DNA from: a bacterium
Lineage (GTDB): Bacteria > Patescibacteriota > Minisyncoccia > Minisyncoccales > UBA1441
Length of the DNA stretch: 64,000 nt
Direction: 5' to 3'
NCBI GenBank assembly: GCA_029559515.1
Contig: JAKQBO010000007.1
Location: 11,878 to 75,877 of the forward strand
Part shown: positions 18,529-28,552 of the stretch, piece by piece
How the letters are laid out: each line of letters begins with the position of its first letter
How positions within the stretch are numbered: position 1 is the stretch's first letter
The notes under the pieces: model-generated
Seen by the model: the letters and a program-made list of their open reading frames with translations, nothing else
Told to the model about the DNA's origin: nothing
Database searches by the model: none
Position numbers and translations under genes: made by a program

Positions 18529-19577
18529 TTTATCGGACGGAACCGAAAAAAAAGCCAACAAAGAAGATGTTGGGAAAACCGAAGTTTTTCTTTAATAAGA
18601 TCAGGCGGCGAGAGTTAATATTAGTTATTGTTGCCGTTTTGGTGGCCGTTTTTGGATTTGGTGTATTCCAGCCTATCTTGGCTGATTATCTATACTACCA
18701 AATGGTTGATGTTGATGCTTCTTTAGCTAAAAATCACAACCTTTTTGAACAGCTTCTGCAAGCCCATCGGCCGATCAGAAACTGGTCAGTTCCTTTTCCC
18801 GAAGAAGTTAGCGCTCGCTCGGTAGCCGCGGTTGAAATTAATCCCCACCAACCCAATCGTCATCTATTGATTAAAAACGCCGACCATCCTTATCCTATTG
18901 CCAGCATTACCAAGCTGATGACCGCGATGGTGGCCATTGATCTTTATCAGCTGGAGCAACAGACCACTGTTTCTAGCTGGTCAGCGAATCAGATTGGCAA
19001 TATTCCTTTAATCAAAGAAGGGGATCAGCTGAGCGTTAAAGACTTAATCTATCTTTCTTTAATGGAGTCTAATAATAGTGCTGCTTATGCTCTGGCTGAG
19101 ATAAAAGGCGTTTCTGCTTTTATCCAGGAGATGAATCAAAAGGCAGCTTCAATCGGCCTTGAGCAGACTCACTTTATAACAGCGACCGGATTAACCGGGG
19201 CCGGCCGGGCTGATAACTACTCAACCGCCAACGAAATAATAAAAATGGTAACTTATCTCTGGCAGCAGCCAGAATATGAAGTTATCCGCCAGGCCTTAGC
19301 CAGTGATGATTATGCTATTTATGATGGTACGGGTGCTTTTTATTATCGGGCTGTTAATAATAATCAGCTGTTAGGAGATTATACAAGCCTCATTGGTAGC
19401 AAGACCGGTTATCTGCCTTCGGCTGGAGAATGTTTGGTTTCGGTTTTTCAGGGGCCCACAGAAGACGCCTATCTCATCGTAGTTGTTTTGGGATCAGAAG
19501 ATCGTTTTGCTGACACTAAGCATGTCGTTGAGTGGATCCCTGAAGCTTATCTCTATTCATTTAATTATGGTCTTTGA
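18525..19577 (+). CDS. D-alanyl-D-alanine carboxypeptidase (peptidase S11)
   Basis: ASITK (SxxK), SNN (SxN) and KTG motifs; N-terminal TM anchor. Confidence 0.9.
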   Translation: MIYRTEPKKKPTKKMLGKPKFFFNKIRRRELILVIVAVLVAVFGFGVFQPILADYLYYQMVDVDASLAKNHNLFEQLLQAHRPIRNWSVPFPEEVSARSVAAVEINPHQPNRHLLIKNADHPYPIASITKLMTAMVAIDLYQLEQQTTVSSWSANQIGNIPLIKEGDQLSVKDLIYLSLMESNNSAAYALAEIKGVSAFIQEMNQKAASIGLEQTHFITATGLTGAGRADNYSTANEIIKMVTYLWQQPEYEVIRQALASDDYAIYDGTGAFYYRAVNNNQLLGDYTSLIGSKTGYLPSAGECLVSVFQGPTEDAYLIVVVLGSEDRFADTKHVVEWIPEAYLYSFNYGL

Positions 19578-20640
19578 AGTCGACTCTTATACCGTCTGGC
19601 AAGTAATTCGAGCCTTTGCCCTCGGTTTCTTCTCCTTTGTTTTTGCTTTGGCGATCATTCCGAAGTTCACTGATTTCATGTATCGTCATCAGCTCTGGAG
19701 GAAAAAAGACAAAGACAAAAGCATCGATGGCCAGAAGCTTAAAGTTTTTACTAAATTTCACGGGGGAGAGGGGACACGAGTGCCTCGAGTTGGCGGTCTG
19801 ATTGTTTGGGTCGTTCCTTTATTGGTTGCGGTTATATTTTATCTCTTAAGCCTGCTAAATAACGACATTTTGTCTGAGTTAAATTTTCTCCATCGCTCTC
19901 AAACTTGGCTGCCTTTATTTGCCTTGGTCGCGGCTTCTCTTTTGGGGCTGACCGACGACCTGCTCCAAATCAAAGGCAAAGGAAAGTACATCGGTGGCGG
20001 ATTAAAGCTTTCCTGGCGAATCGCTATTGTCGGTTTAATTGGATTAATTGGCGGCTGGTGGTTCTACGCAAAATTAGGCGTTGAAACTATCGGTATTCCC
20101 GGTTGGGGTAGTCTTTTTGTTGGCTGGTGGCTAGTGCCTATTTTTATAGTGACAATGATTGCTACTTATGGCGGAAGTATTATCGATGGCTTAGACGGTC
20201 TGGCCGGTGGAACTTTTGCCACTATCTTTGGCGCTTTTGCTGTAATTTCATTTTTTAACCTGCAATATCACCTGGCGACCTTCTGCTTGGTTTTGGTCGG
20301 AGCTATCTTGGCTTTTCTTTGGTTTAATATTCCACCGGCCCGTTTTTATCTCGGAGAGACTGGCGTCATGGGGCTTTGCGCCACCTTAACCGTCATTACC
20401 TTTTTCACTGATTCATTAATTGTTTTGCCGATTATTGCGTTCCTGCTGTTTTTAGAATCTGGATCAGTAATTTTGCAACTGCTCTATAAAAAGTTTAAGA
20501 AGAGAAAATTGTTCTTAGCGGCGCCGATTCATCATCACTTTGAAGCCAAGGGATGGCCTCACTACAAGGTAACTATGCGCTTCTGGGTGATTGGTGGAGT
20601 TATGGCTCTGGTCGGGGTAGCAATTAGACTACTAGGTTAA
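19567..20640 (+). CDS. mraY: phospho-N-acetylmuramoyl-pentapeptide transferase
   Basis: GLTDD, DGLDGL, FLWFNIPPARFYLGETG, APIHHHFE; start reassigned to ATG 19567. Confidence 0.94.
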   Translation: MVFEVDSYTVWQVIRAFALGFFSFVFALAIIPKFTDFMYRHQLWRKKDKDKSIDGQKLKVFTKFHGGEGTRVPRVGGLIVWVVPLLVAVIFYLLSLLNNDILSELNFLHRSQTWLPLFALVAASLLGLTDDLLQIKGKGKYIGGGLKLSWRIAIVGLIGLIGGWWFYAKLGVETIGIPGWGSLFVGWWLVPIFIVTMIATYGGSIIDGLDGLAGGTFATIFGAFAVISFFNLQYHLATFCLVLVGAILAFLWFNIPPARFYLGETGVMGLCATLTVITFFTDSLIVLPIIAFLLFLESGSVILQLLYKKFKKRKLFLAAPIHHHFEAKGWPHYKVTMRFWVIGGVMALVGVAIRLLG

Positions 20641-21428
20641 TGATTGGTCTTTTTGACTCGGGCTTGGGCGGATTAACGGTGGTTAAAGAGGTCTGGCAGC
20701 AATTGCCGGGCTATCCAGTGATTTATTTGGGCGACACGGCCCGCTTGCCTTACGGCACCAAACCGGCTGAGCTCATTCGATCCTGGTCGAGGCTAAACGT
20801 TGACTGGCTGTTTAATCAGGGGGCAGAAATAGTAATTATTGCCTGCCATACGGCTTCGGCTTGGGCCTTTGATTTAATTAATCAAAATTCTAGGCGACCG
20901 GTCTTTGGTGTTATTACCCCCGGAGTTAGACAGGCTTTGGCGACAACTCAAAACGGGCGGATTGGCGTGATTGGTACGCCTGGGACTATTCGAAGTGGGA
21001 TTTATCAGAAAAAGATTAAAGAATTAGATCAATCAGTCCAGCCCTATTTTCAATCCTGTCCCTTGTTTGTGCCGATCATTGAAGAAAATTGGATGGAGCG
21101 TCCTGGAGTCCGAGAAATTGCTGAAGAATATCTCAAGCCTTTAGTCAATCAAGGCATAGACACCTTGATACTGGGTTGCACCCATTATCCCTTAATGAGA
21201 GGCACCATAGAGCAGATAGTTGGCCAGGAGGTGACCATAGTGGATCCGGCCCAAGCGGTAGTTCAGGAGGTAAAAAACTTTTTAATCAAAAACCAAGAGC
21301 TGGCGCAAAAAATTAAAAGAAGCCGAGAACATAGGTTCTGTTTTAGCTCTCAGCCTTATCAGGCTGAAACTATCAGTCGCCTGTGTTTGGGCCAGACGAT
21401 TAAAACCGAAGTCATCAATGACAATTAA
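20640..21428 (+). CDS. murI: glutamate racemase
   Basis: IGLFDSGLGGLTV, PYGTK, ACHTAS, LGCTHYP. Confidence 0.96.
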   Translation: MIGLFDSGLGGLTVVKEVWQQLPGYPVIYLGDTARLPYGTKPAELIRSWSRLNVDWLFNQGAEIVIIACHTASAWAFDLINQNSRRPVFGVITPGVRQALATTQNGRIGVIGTPGTIRSGIYQKKIKELDQSVQPYFQSCPLFVPIIEENWMERPGVREIAEEYLKPLVNQGIDTLILGCTHYPLMRGTIEQIVGQEVTIVDPAQAVVQEVKNFLIKNQELAQKIKRSREHRFCFSSQPYQAETISRLCLGQTIKTEVINDN

Positions 21429-22809
21429 GGACATCGCCGATAAAAAAGTATTGATCCTGGGCTTGGGCCGAGAAGGCGAGTCAACCTATCGCTTATTCCG
21501 TCGTCTTTGGCCCGATCAGAGGCTAGCTTTGGCTGACCAGAATGACTTATCTCAGCTGGGCGGTTTCTGGTCTGAAGTCGCCCGGCAAGACAAGCAGGTA
21601 GAATTCATTCTTGGTTCCGATTATTTAGATGCGGTCAATCATTATCAAGTTGTGGTTAGGTCGCCTGGAATTTCGCTAAAAAAAATTAAGCTAAAACAGG
21701 CAACCATCACCTCACAAACCGAGCTTTTTCTGCAAAAAGTTCGAGATCGAACGATTGGTATCAGCGGAACTAAAGGCAAAAGCACGACTGCTGGGTTAGT
21801 CCATCACTTGCTCCAAAGCAAAAAGAAGGTTTTTTTGGTTGGCAACATGGGACGACCGGCTTTAGATTTCTGGTCAGAAGCCGACGATCCCAACGCTTGG
21901 TTTGTTTATGAAATGTCTTCGCATCAGCTCGACGGCTTAACAATCAGCCCGCATCAAGCTATTTTTCTTAACCTGATGCCCGATCACCTCGATTACTTTG
22001 GCCAGCTTGATGCTTACTATCAGGCTAAAATCAATCTGATTCGCTATCAAACGCCAAAAGATCTTCTCGTTTACAATCAGGCTGACGATCACCTGCGAGC
22101 GACCATCGCCATTTCTTTAGCTCAAAAGATACCCTTTAGTCCTCAGCCAGACGAGGGGAGTGTTTGTTTTTGGCAAGAGAGCCAGCTTTATTATCAAGCG
22201 CCAGGAGAAGTGCCAGAGGTAGTTCTGAATAAAGAAAAGTTAAACCAGCTCCATCCGACCGTTAAGGTAAATATTATGCCAGCTGTTATCTTGGCTAAAA
22301 TGGCGGGGCTGAGCAACCAGGAAATTTCAGATAAATTATTAGATTTTAAGCCGCCAAAACACAGGCTGGAGTTTATTGGACAGTGGCAAGGTATCTTTTT
22401 TTATGATGATTCAGCCGCAACTATTCCGGCCGCAACAATATCGGCGCTTCGCTCGCTTGAGCATTCGGTCGATACGCTGATCATTGGAGGATCGGAGAAG
22501 GGGATTGACTTTGAAGAATTAGCCGAAGAAATTATTCGAGCGGGCGTATCGCATTTAATTTCTTTTCCAAAAACTGGACCGGAGATCGTCGCTTTAGTTA
22601 AAAAACAAGCCTTAAAGAAAGGACAGCCGGCTCCCAGCGTTAAAGAAGTTAAGGATATGGCTGAGGCGGTTAAGCACGCCCTTGAAGTGACGGCTCCCCA
22701 AAAAGTCTGTCTGCTCTCTCCGGCTTCGGCCAGCTTTACTAACTTTAAAAATTATCAGGCGCGAGGCGAGGCTTTTCAGAAATGGGTTAAAGAAATGAGC
22801 CGTCATTAA
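21418..22809 (+). CDS. murD: UDP-MurNAc-L-Ala--D-Glu ligase
   Basis: GLGREG, SPGI, GTKGKSTT, EMSSHQL, DHLD, HRLE, LLSPASASF. Confidence 0.95.
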   Translation: MTIKDIADKKVLILGLGREGESTYRLFRRLWPDQRLALADQNDLSQLGGFWSEVARQDKQVEFILGSDYLDAVNHYQVVVRSPGISLKKIKLKQATITSQTELFLQKVRDRTIGISGTKGKSTTAGLVHHLLQSKKKVFLVGNMGRPALDFWSEADDPNAWFVYEMSSHQLDGLTISPHQAIFLNLMPDHLDYFGQLDAYYQAKINLIRYQTPKDLLVYNQADDHLRATIAISLAQKIPFSPQPDEGSVCFWQESQLYYQAPGEVPEVVLNKEKLNQLHPTVKVNIMPAVILAKMAGLSNQEISDKLLDFKPPKHRLEFIGQWQGIFFYDDSAATIPAATISALRSLEHSVDTLIIGGSEKGIDFEELAEEIIRAGVSHLISFPKTGPEIVALVKKQALKKGQPAPSVKEVKDMAEAVKHALEVTAPQKVCLLSPASASFTNFKNYQARGEAFQKWVKEMSRH

Positions 22810-22813
22810 AACA

Positions 22814-23911
22814 ATGAAAGAGACGAGTGATGATAAAAATTTACGCTGGAGCATCGCAGTTATCTCTTTGATTCTTTTGGCTATCGGCTTGTTTTTCTTA
22901 ACCACAACTTCGGCTCCCAGTGCTTTAAGTCGCTTCGGAGACAGCTTCTATTACCTCAAGCGGCAGCTAATGCATGGAATTTTACCGGGAATAATTCTGG
23001 GCCTGGTCGCTTATAAACTGCCCCTGGATCGCTTTCGGAAATTAGTTCCTTATCTCTTTGGGGCCAACCTTGTGTTGCTGATTTTACTACTGCTGCCTTA
23101 TTTCGGCACAGCTTTAGGCGGTAGCCGGCGCTGGTTGCAAATTGGCTCAATTTCCTTTCAACCGTCCGAGTTTTTAAAAATTGCCTTTATTCTTTATTTC
23201 GCTCACTTGGCTTCTTTGTTGGCTCGCAAGAAGCAATATCGTAAAATATTTTTGATATTCTTAGGCCTAACGGCTGTCATTGGGGCGCTTTTTATTCTGC
23301 AGCCTGATTTAAGCACCTTTGGCGTAATTATTATTACCGGTCTCGCTATGTATATTCTCGCCGGAATGCCTTTGGGTAATATCTTTCTGCTTTTCTCTTT
23401 GGCGGGAGTATCTGGCTGGCTGATGATTCGCTTTTCTGCCTATCGATTATCCCGATTATTAACTTTTCTGAATCCAGAAGAATCTCCGCTGGCCGCCGGT
23501 TATCAGATTAAGCAGATGCTTTACGCCATTGGTTCAGGAGGCTTAGCCGGTTTAGGCTTAGGCTTGAGCCGGCAAAAGTTTGGTTTCCTGCCCCACTCCA
23601 TAAGCGACTCAATCTTTGCTATAATAGCTGAGGAGACTGGTTTTATCGGATCCGTTCTGCTGGTGGTTCTCTTTGTGGTTTTGGCTTGGCTAGGCGTTCG
23701 CCTGGCTTTAAGCCAAAAAGACCATTTTCGTCAATTGATTATCATGGGGGTTACCGTTTGGATCGCCGTTCAGGCTTTTATCCATATCTCGGCCAACGTT
23801 GGATTAATTCCTCTCACCGGCATGCCGCTGCCATTTATTAGCTACGGCGGCTCGGCTCTAACTGCTCAACTTATTGGATTAGGTTTTTTATTAAATGCCT
23901 CGAAAAAGTAA
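22814..23911 (+). CDS. ftsW: SEDS peptidoglycan glycosyltransferase FtsW
   Basis: RRWL..QPSEFLK, QPDLST, IIAEETG, PLTGMPLPFISYGGS; immediately upstream of murG. Confidence 0.92.
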   Translation: MKETSDDKNLRWSIAVISLILLAIGLFFLTTTSAPSALSRFGDSFYYLKRQLMHGILPGIILGLVAYKLPLDRFRKLVPYLFGANLVLLILLLLPYFGTALGGSRRWLQIGSISFQPSEFLKIAFILYFAHLASLLARKKQYRKIFLIFLGLTAVIGALFILQPDLSTFGVIIITGLAMYILAGMPLGNIFLLFSLAGVSGWLMIRFSAYRLSRLLTFLNPEESPLAAGYQIKQMLYAIGSGGLAGLGLGLSRQKFGFLPHSISDSIFAIIAEETGFIGSVLLVVLFVVLAWLGVRLALSQKDHFRQLIIMGVTVWIAVQAFIHISANVGLIPLTGMPLPFISYGGSALTAQLIGLGFLLNASKK

Positions 23912-25031
23912 AAAAAGAAAATTTAAGATTGTTTTTACCGGTGGCGGCAGCGGCGGCCATATCTTTCCCATTGTTGCTGTAATTCGCGAAATGAAAAAGA
24001 TTGATCGCGACCAAATATTTTCTTATTATTACATTGGTCCGCCTGATGCCCTGGCTTTAAGTTATTTGCCTAAAGAAGGGGTTAAAATGAGAACTACGCT
24101 GGGCGGAAAAGTCCGTCGCTACTTCTCGCTCTGGAACGTTGTAGACATTCTCTTTAAAATTCCCATTAGCCTTGTTCTGGCTTTCTTCTATCTATTCTTC
24201 ATTGGGCCCGATTTGATTTTTAGCAAGGGCGGCTTCGGCTCTTTTCCGACTGTTCTGTGGGGATTGTTAATGCAGGTTCCTCTATTTGTCCATGAATCAG
24301 ATACAGTGATGGGTAAAGCTAATCGCTTCGGCGCCAAGTGGGCTCTGGAAGTGTTTACTTCCTTTCCCGAGCCTAAAAATAATCAGCAACGTCATATCAA
24401 CGTTGGCCATCCAATCCGCACCAGCCTGCTTGAAGGAGAGCAACAATCAGCCCGAAAAGCCCTGGGAATTCTTTCCAATAAGCCAGTCATCTTAATTGTA
24501 GGCGGATCACAGGGGGCTCAATTCATTAATAGCGTCGTTCTCGATGTTTTACCGTCGCTATTGGAGCAGTTTGAGGTAATTCATCACTGCGGGCAAAAAA
24601 ATTTTGATGAAATTAGAACCGCCGCCAAGATAATTGTCGATCAAAAATTTTGGCAGTCTTACCATCCCTATCCTTTTCTTGATGAATGGGAAACGGTCAA
24701 TGCCTACCAGGCCGCTGATTTGATTGTTGCCCGAGCTGGTTCAGGGACTTTGTTTGAAATTGCTGCTCTAGGCAAACCAAGTATTATTGTGCCCCTGGCT
24801 AATTCAGCTGCTAATCACCAAATTAAAAATGCTTATTTTTTTAAAGATTATGGAGCTCAGGTGATTGAAGAGAATAATTTTACGCCTCAATTTTTCTTGA
24901 AGTCAGTCCAGTATGCTTTTAGTAACCCTGAAACGCTGAAGAAGCGAGGGGAAATGGCCAAGCATTTTGCTCGGCCCCAAGCAGCTCGTATTATCGCCGA
25001 ATATTTAATAAGTTATTTATTTTTAAAATGA
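23895..25031 (+). CDS. murG: lipid I GlcNAc transferase
   Basis: GGGSGGHIFP, KGGFGSFP, GGSQGA, RAGSGT. Confidence 0.95.
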   Translation: MPRKSKKRKFKIVFTGGGSGGHIFPIVAVIREMKKIDRDQIFSYYYIGPPDALALSYLPKEGVKMRTTLGGKVRRYFSLWNVVDILFKIPISLVLAFFYLFFIGPDLIFSKGGFGSFPTVLWGLLMQVPLFVHESDTVMGKANRFGAKWALEVFTSFPEPKNNQQRHINVGHPIRTSLLEGEQQSARKALGILSNKPVILIVGGSQGAQFINSVVLDVLPSLLEQFEVIHHCGQKNFDEIRTAAKIIVDQKFWQSYHPYPFLDEWETVNAYQAADLIVARAGSGTLFEIAALGKPSIIVPLANSAANHQIKNAYFFKDYGAQVIEENNFTPQFFLKSVQYAFSNPETLKKRGEMAKHFARPQAARIIAEYLISYLFLK

Positions 25032-26554
25032 GCGATGAAAAATTAGAATTATCAGCGCCTGATCGGCCGAGGGTGAGATTAGCGCCGTCGCCAACCGGGC
25101 CTCTCCATATCGGCACCGCTCGGACAGCCTTGTTTAACTATCTGTTTGCCCGACAGAGTCGAGGAACATTTGTATTAAGGATTGAGGATACTGACCATGA
25201 ACGCTCAAAAAAGAAGTGGGAAAAGGATATTTTAAAATATTTAGCCTGGCTCGGCCTCGACTGGGATGAAGGCCCGGACAAAGGAGGCTCCTTTGCTCCT
25301 TATCGGCAGAGCGAGCGGGTAGATATTTATACGCCCTATATCAAGCAGCTACTCGATCAGGGCCAAGCCTATTACTGCTTTTGCACGAAAGATGAGCTGG
25401 CGGCCCAAAAAGAATATCAGGCCAGCATCGGTGAGCCACCCCGTTACATTGGCCGTTGTCGGAACATTGACCCAAAGGAAGCTCAGGCCAGATTAAAGAG
25501 GGGAGAGAGCGCCGTTATCCGCCTAAAGGTTTCTTCAGATAAAGTCATTTCCTTTCAGGACCAAATCTGCGGGCAGACCGATTTTAACTCTTCAGAGCTG
25601 GGTGATTTTATTATTGCCAAAAACTTGAAGGAGCCACTATACAATTTAGCCGTGGTCGTCGATGACTATCTGATGAAGATTACGCACGTTATCCGAGGAG
25701 CTGATCATATCTCTAACACGCCGAAGCAGATTTTAATTGCTGAGGCCTTAGGCCTGCCTCAGCCCCAATACGCTCATTTGCCCCTGGTGCTCAGTCCCAA
25801 CCGTCGGAAGCTTAGCAAGCGGGAAGAGGTTGTTGCTGTCAGCGATTATTATCAACAGGGCTATCTGCCCCAGGCATTAGTTAACTTTATGATCTTGCTT
25901 GGCTGGAATGAAGGAACCGACCGCGAGATATACTCTATGGACGAGTTGGTTGAAAAATTCAGCTTAGATAAAGTCCAGCGCTCTGGAGGCATATTCGACC
26001 TCAAGCGCCTTAACTGGATGAATGGGTATTACATCAGACAAGAATCGTTACCGGTCTTGACACAGATGTGTATTCCTTATCTAATCAAATCAGGCCATTT
26101 AGAAGAAATTCCCAATGGAAGTAAAAAATACAGAATCAAGGAAACCAAGGAAATTGTTTCTTTGGGCTACTTAGGAAAGGTAATCGGCCTTTATCAGGAG
26201 AGATTAAAGGTTTTGTCAGAAATTCCGGAATTAGTCGATTATTTCTTCAAGAAAGAAGTGAAGTATCAGCCAACACTGTTAATTTGGAAGGATAAAGACA
26301 AAAAAGAGATCAAGAATGCCCTTAATCGGGCAATTAAGGCCCTTTCTGGCCTTAAGAGAGACTGGACCCTAGAAAAGATAAATGAAGCCCTTCTCGGGGC
26401 TGCTGATGAGATAGGGGACCGAGGAACTCTTCTCTGGCCAGTCCGAGCAGCCTTGACCGGTAAAGAAAATTCGGCCAGTCCTTTCGATGTCGCCTACGTC
26501 CTCGGTCCAGAAAAAACTATCCGCCGATTGGAGCGGGCGGCTAAACTTCTCTAA
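25028..26554 (+). CDS. gltX: glutamate--tRNA ligase
   Basis: RLAPSPTGPLHIG, LRIEDTD, YRQSER, ITHVIRG, KLSKR. Confidence 0.97.
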   Translation: MSDEKLELSAPDRPRVRLAPSPTGPLHIGTARTALFNYLFARQSRGTFVLRIEDTDHERSKKKWEKDILKYLAWLGLDWDEGPDKGGSFAPYRQSERVDIYTPYIKQLLDQGQAYYCFCTKDELAAQKEYQASIGEPPRYIGRCRNIDPKEAQARLKRGESAVIRLKVSSDKVISFQDQICGQTDFNSSELGDFIIAKNLKEPLYNLAVVVDDYLMKITHVIRGADHISNTPKQILIAEALGLPQPQYAHLPLVLSPNRRKLSKREEVVAVSDYYQQGYLPQALVNFMILLGWNEGTDREIYSMDELVEKFSLDKVQRSGGIFDLKRLNWMNGYYIRQESLPVLTQMCIPYLIKSGHLEEIPNGSKKYRIKETKEIVSLGYLGKVIGLYQERLKVLSEIPELVDYFFKKEVKYQPTLLIWKDKDKKEIKNALNRAIKALSGLKRDWTLEKINEALLGAADEIGDRGTLLWPVRAALTGKENSASPFDVAYVLGPEKTIRRLERAAKLL

Positions 26555-26579
26555 CTGTCAGAGGGGAGTGCTTTCCCGG

Positions 26580-26608
26580 TTGACATAATTATAGAAGGGA
26601 AGTAGCAT
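26580..26608 (+). promoter_or_regulatory. sigma70 promoter of the xer gene
   Basis: TTGACA(26580)-17 nt-TAGCAT(26603). Confidence 0.65.
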
Positions 26609-26623
26609 ATTGGTTGAGATTAA

Positions 26624-26651
26624 AGTTCGCATAATGTAGATTAACCGAACT
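26624..26651. other. dif-like chromosome dimer resolution site
   Basis: AGTTCGCATAA-TGTAGA-TTAACCGAACT: 11-6-11 architecture with inverted arms; the left arm and spacer resemble E. coli dif (GGTGCGCATAA-TGTATA); ends 5 nt before the xer ATG. Confidence 0.82.
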
Positions 26652-26656
26652 AAGAT

Positions 26657-27634
26657 ATGCAAGAAAGCTCTAAAACTATTATTGAGCATATTCCAGACTT
26701 TTTAGACTGGATTGATGTTGAAAAAGGATTGTCTAACAAGACTCAAGAAAATTATGATCGCTTCTTGAGAAAATTTGTTCACTGGATGGAAAGTAACAAC
26801 TTGACTCACCTGAAACCTCACCAGATTGATTCTGAGCACATTTGGCAGTATCGAGTATTTTTAGCCCGATCAACTGATCGCCAGACTAAGCAGCCTCTTA
26901 AAAAAACAACTCAAAACTATTATTTAATCGCCCTAAGGGCATTGCTTAACTTTTTCGCCGCCCGAGACATCAAGTCTCTTCCGGCTGAGAAGGTTGAATT
27001 AGCAAAGCAGAAAAAAGATAAAAAAGTAGATTTTCTAAAGCTGGAGCAAATAGCTAAGCTTCTTCAGGCTCCTAACACCAGCAGCTTTATTGGCTTGCGT
27101 GACCGAACTATTATAGAGGTTTTATTCTCAACTGGCTTGAGAATAAGCGAGCTAGTTTCTCTGGATCGGAAGCAATTCAAAGACAGTCAGCTAAATGAAG
27201 CCATGGAGATAAGCATCGTTGGCAAAGGCAGCTATCCTCGGACGATTTATCTCTCAGAGAGAGCGGTTAGTTGGTTGAAGCGCTATTTAGAGGCCCGAGA
27301 TCGCTTAATTCAGCCGGAAAAAGAAGCTGACTCTCCCCTATTCATTAATTTTCGCGCCCCAAAGAACAACCATGGCCGTTTGAGCGCCCGTTCTATTGAG
27401 AATATTGTTAAAAAATATGCTCTCATGGCCGGCTTGCCGCCAAGCACCACGCCCCATACCTTAAGGCACTCTTTCGCCACTGATTTACTGAATCAAGGCG
27501 CTGATTTAAGAACCGTTCAAGAATTCCTAGGCCATCAGAACATCTCAACCACTCAGATATATACCCACGTTACCAATAAGAGGTTGCGCGATCTGCATCG
27601 CCGTTTTCACGGCGGAAGCAAGCTCAATGATTAA
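26657..27634 (+). CDS. XerC/XerD-family tyrosine recombinase
   Basis: RDRTIIEVLFSTGLRISEL, GKG, HTLRHSFAT, LGHQNISTTQIYTH. Confidence 0.95.
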   Translation: MQESSKTIIEHIPDFLDWIDVEKGLSNKTQENYDRFLRKFVHWMESNNLTHLKPHQIDSEHIWQYRVFLARSTDRQTKQPLKKTTQNYYLIALRALLNFFAARDIKSLPAEKVELAKQKKDKKVDFLKLEQIAKLLQAPNTSSFIGLRDRTIIEVLFSTGLRISELVSLDRKQFKDSQLNEAMEISIVGKGSYPRTIYLSERAVSWLKRYLEARDRLIQPEKEADSPLFINFRAPKNNHGRLSARSIENIVKKYALMAGLPPSTTPHTLRHSFATDLLNQGADLRTVQEFLGHQNISTTQIYTHVTNKRLRDLHRRFHGGSKLND

Positions 27635-27794
27635 TCTGCTGAAACTCTTCAATTAACTCCAGAGGTTCCTGATTTTGATAACGCGACACCAGATATCCGC
27701 AGCCAAAAGCTAACAATGTCAGAAGAAAGATTAAGCTCAAAATCTTTATTCTGTCTTCTTCTTTTTTTAACTTTTCTTTAAGATTAGTCCACAC
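27624..27794 (-). CDS. small single-pass membrane protein (56 aa), absent from the ORF track
   Basis: GTG start; MWTNLKEKLKKEEDRIKILSLIFLLTLLAFGCGYLVSRYQNQEPLELIEEFQQINH fills the xer-rpmA gap. Confidence 0.65.
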   Translation of the reverse strand: MWTNLKEKLKKEEDRIKILSLIFLLTLLAFGCGYLVSRYQNQEPLELIEEFQQINH

Positions 27795-27848
27795 AATAGC
27801 TAGACAAAGATTAATAATTAAACTATAATTGGAACGTTATTTTCAGAC

Positions 27849-28121
27849 ATGTCCAAGAAAACTTCTAAAAAAGCAACCGGTAATACCCGCGACTCTCGAT
27901 CTCAAAGACTAGGAGTCAAGATTTTTGGTGGCCAAACAGTCAAGACGGGTATGATTTTGGTTCGTCAGCGCGGCACTAAGTTTCTGCCCGGCCAAAACGT
28001 AAAACTTGGCCGAGACGACACCCTTTATGCAATTAAAGACGGTGTTTTGGAATTCCAGACTCGTCGCAAAATTGGATTCGATGGACGCCAGCGAGTGGTT
28101 AAGATTTTGAACGTGCGCTAA
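27849..28121 (+). CDS. rpmA: 50S ribosomal protein L27
   Basis: [33 protein letters not shown]; own promoter TAGACA-17-TATAAT (27801-27829). Confidence 0.96.
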   Translation: MSKKTSKKATGNTRDSRSQRLGVKIFGGQTVKTGMILVRQRGTKFLPGQNVKLGRDDTLYAIKDGVLEFQTRRKIGFDGRQRVVKILNVR

Positions 28122-28551
28122 CCTTTATCTTGGTCTTAGCGATTACTTCTGGAGTCAACTTAATTTCAACCTCGAATTCACCTAGTTCCTTAATCGGCTT
28201 ATCGATGAGGATCTGATTTTTTTCAACAGAAAAACCTTCTTCTGTCAATAGATGGGCAATCTTAACCGCATCGATCGCCTCAAAAAGCTGACCCCTCTCC
28301 CCTGCTTCAACCTCAAGGTTAAAAATCTTACCCGATAAACTCTTGGCCCATTGGCGAGCCCGAACTTCTTCCTGTTCTTTGATACGAGCTCTGGCTTCCT
28401 GAAGCCGCTGTAATTGAACCAGGTTGGTTTTTGTGGCCGGGTCAGCCAATCTCTTCGGGAATAGATAGTTTCGGGCATATCCGCCTGAAACCTCTTTGAC
28501 TTCGCCTTTTAGCCCTATTTTCGCCACATCTTGTTTAAGAATAATCTTCAT
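28099..28551 (-). CDS. rplI: 50S ribosomal protein L9
   Basis: [39 protein letters not shown]. Confidence 0.96.
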   Translation of the reverse strand: MKIILKQDVAKIGLKGEVKEVSGGYARNYLFPKRLADPATKTNLVQLQRLQEARARIKEQEEVRARQWAKSLSGKIFNLEVEAGERGQLFEAIDAVKIAHLLTEEGFSVEKNQILIDKPIKELGEFEVEIKLTPEVIAKTKIKVSARSKS

Positions 28552-28552
28552 A

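Noticed and set aside
26657-27634. Tyrosine recombinase as a prophage or island integrase
   Set aside because: It is flanked by core genes with no cargo or att repeats, and the adjacent dif-like site indicates Xer
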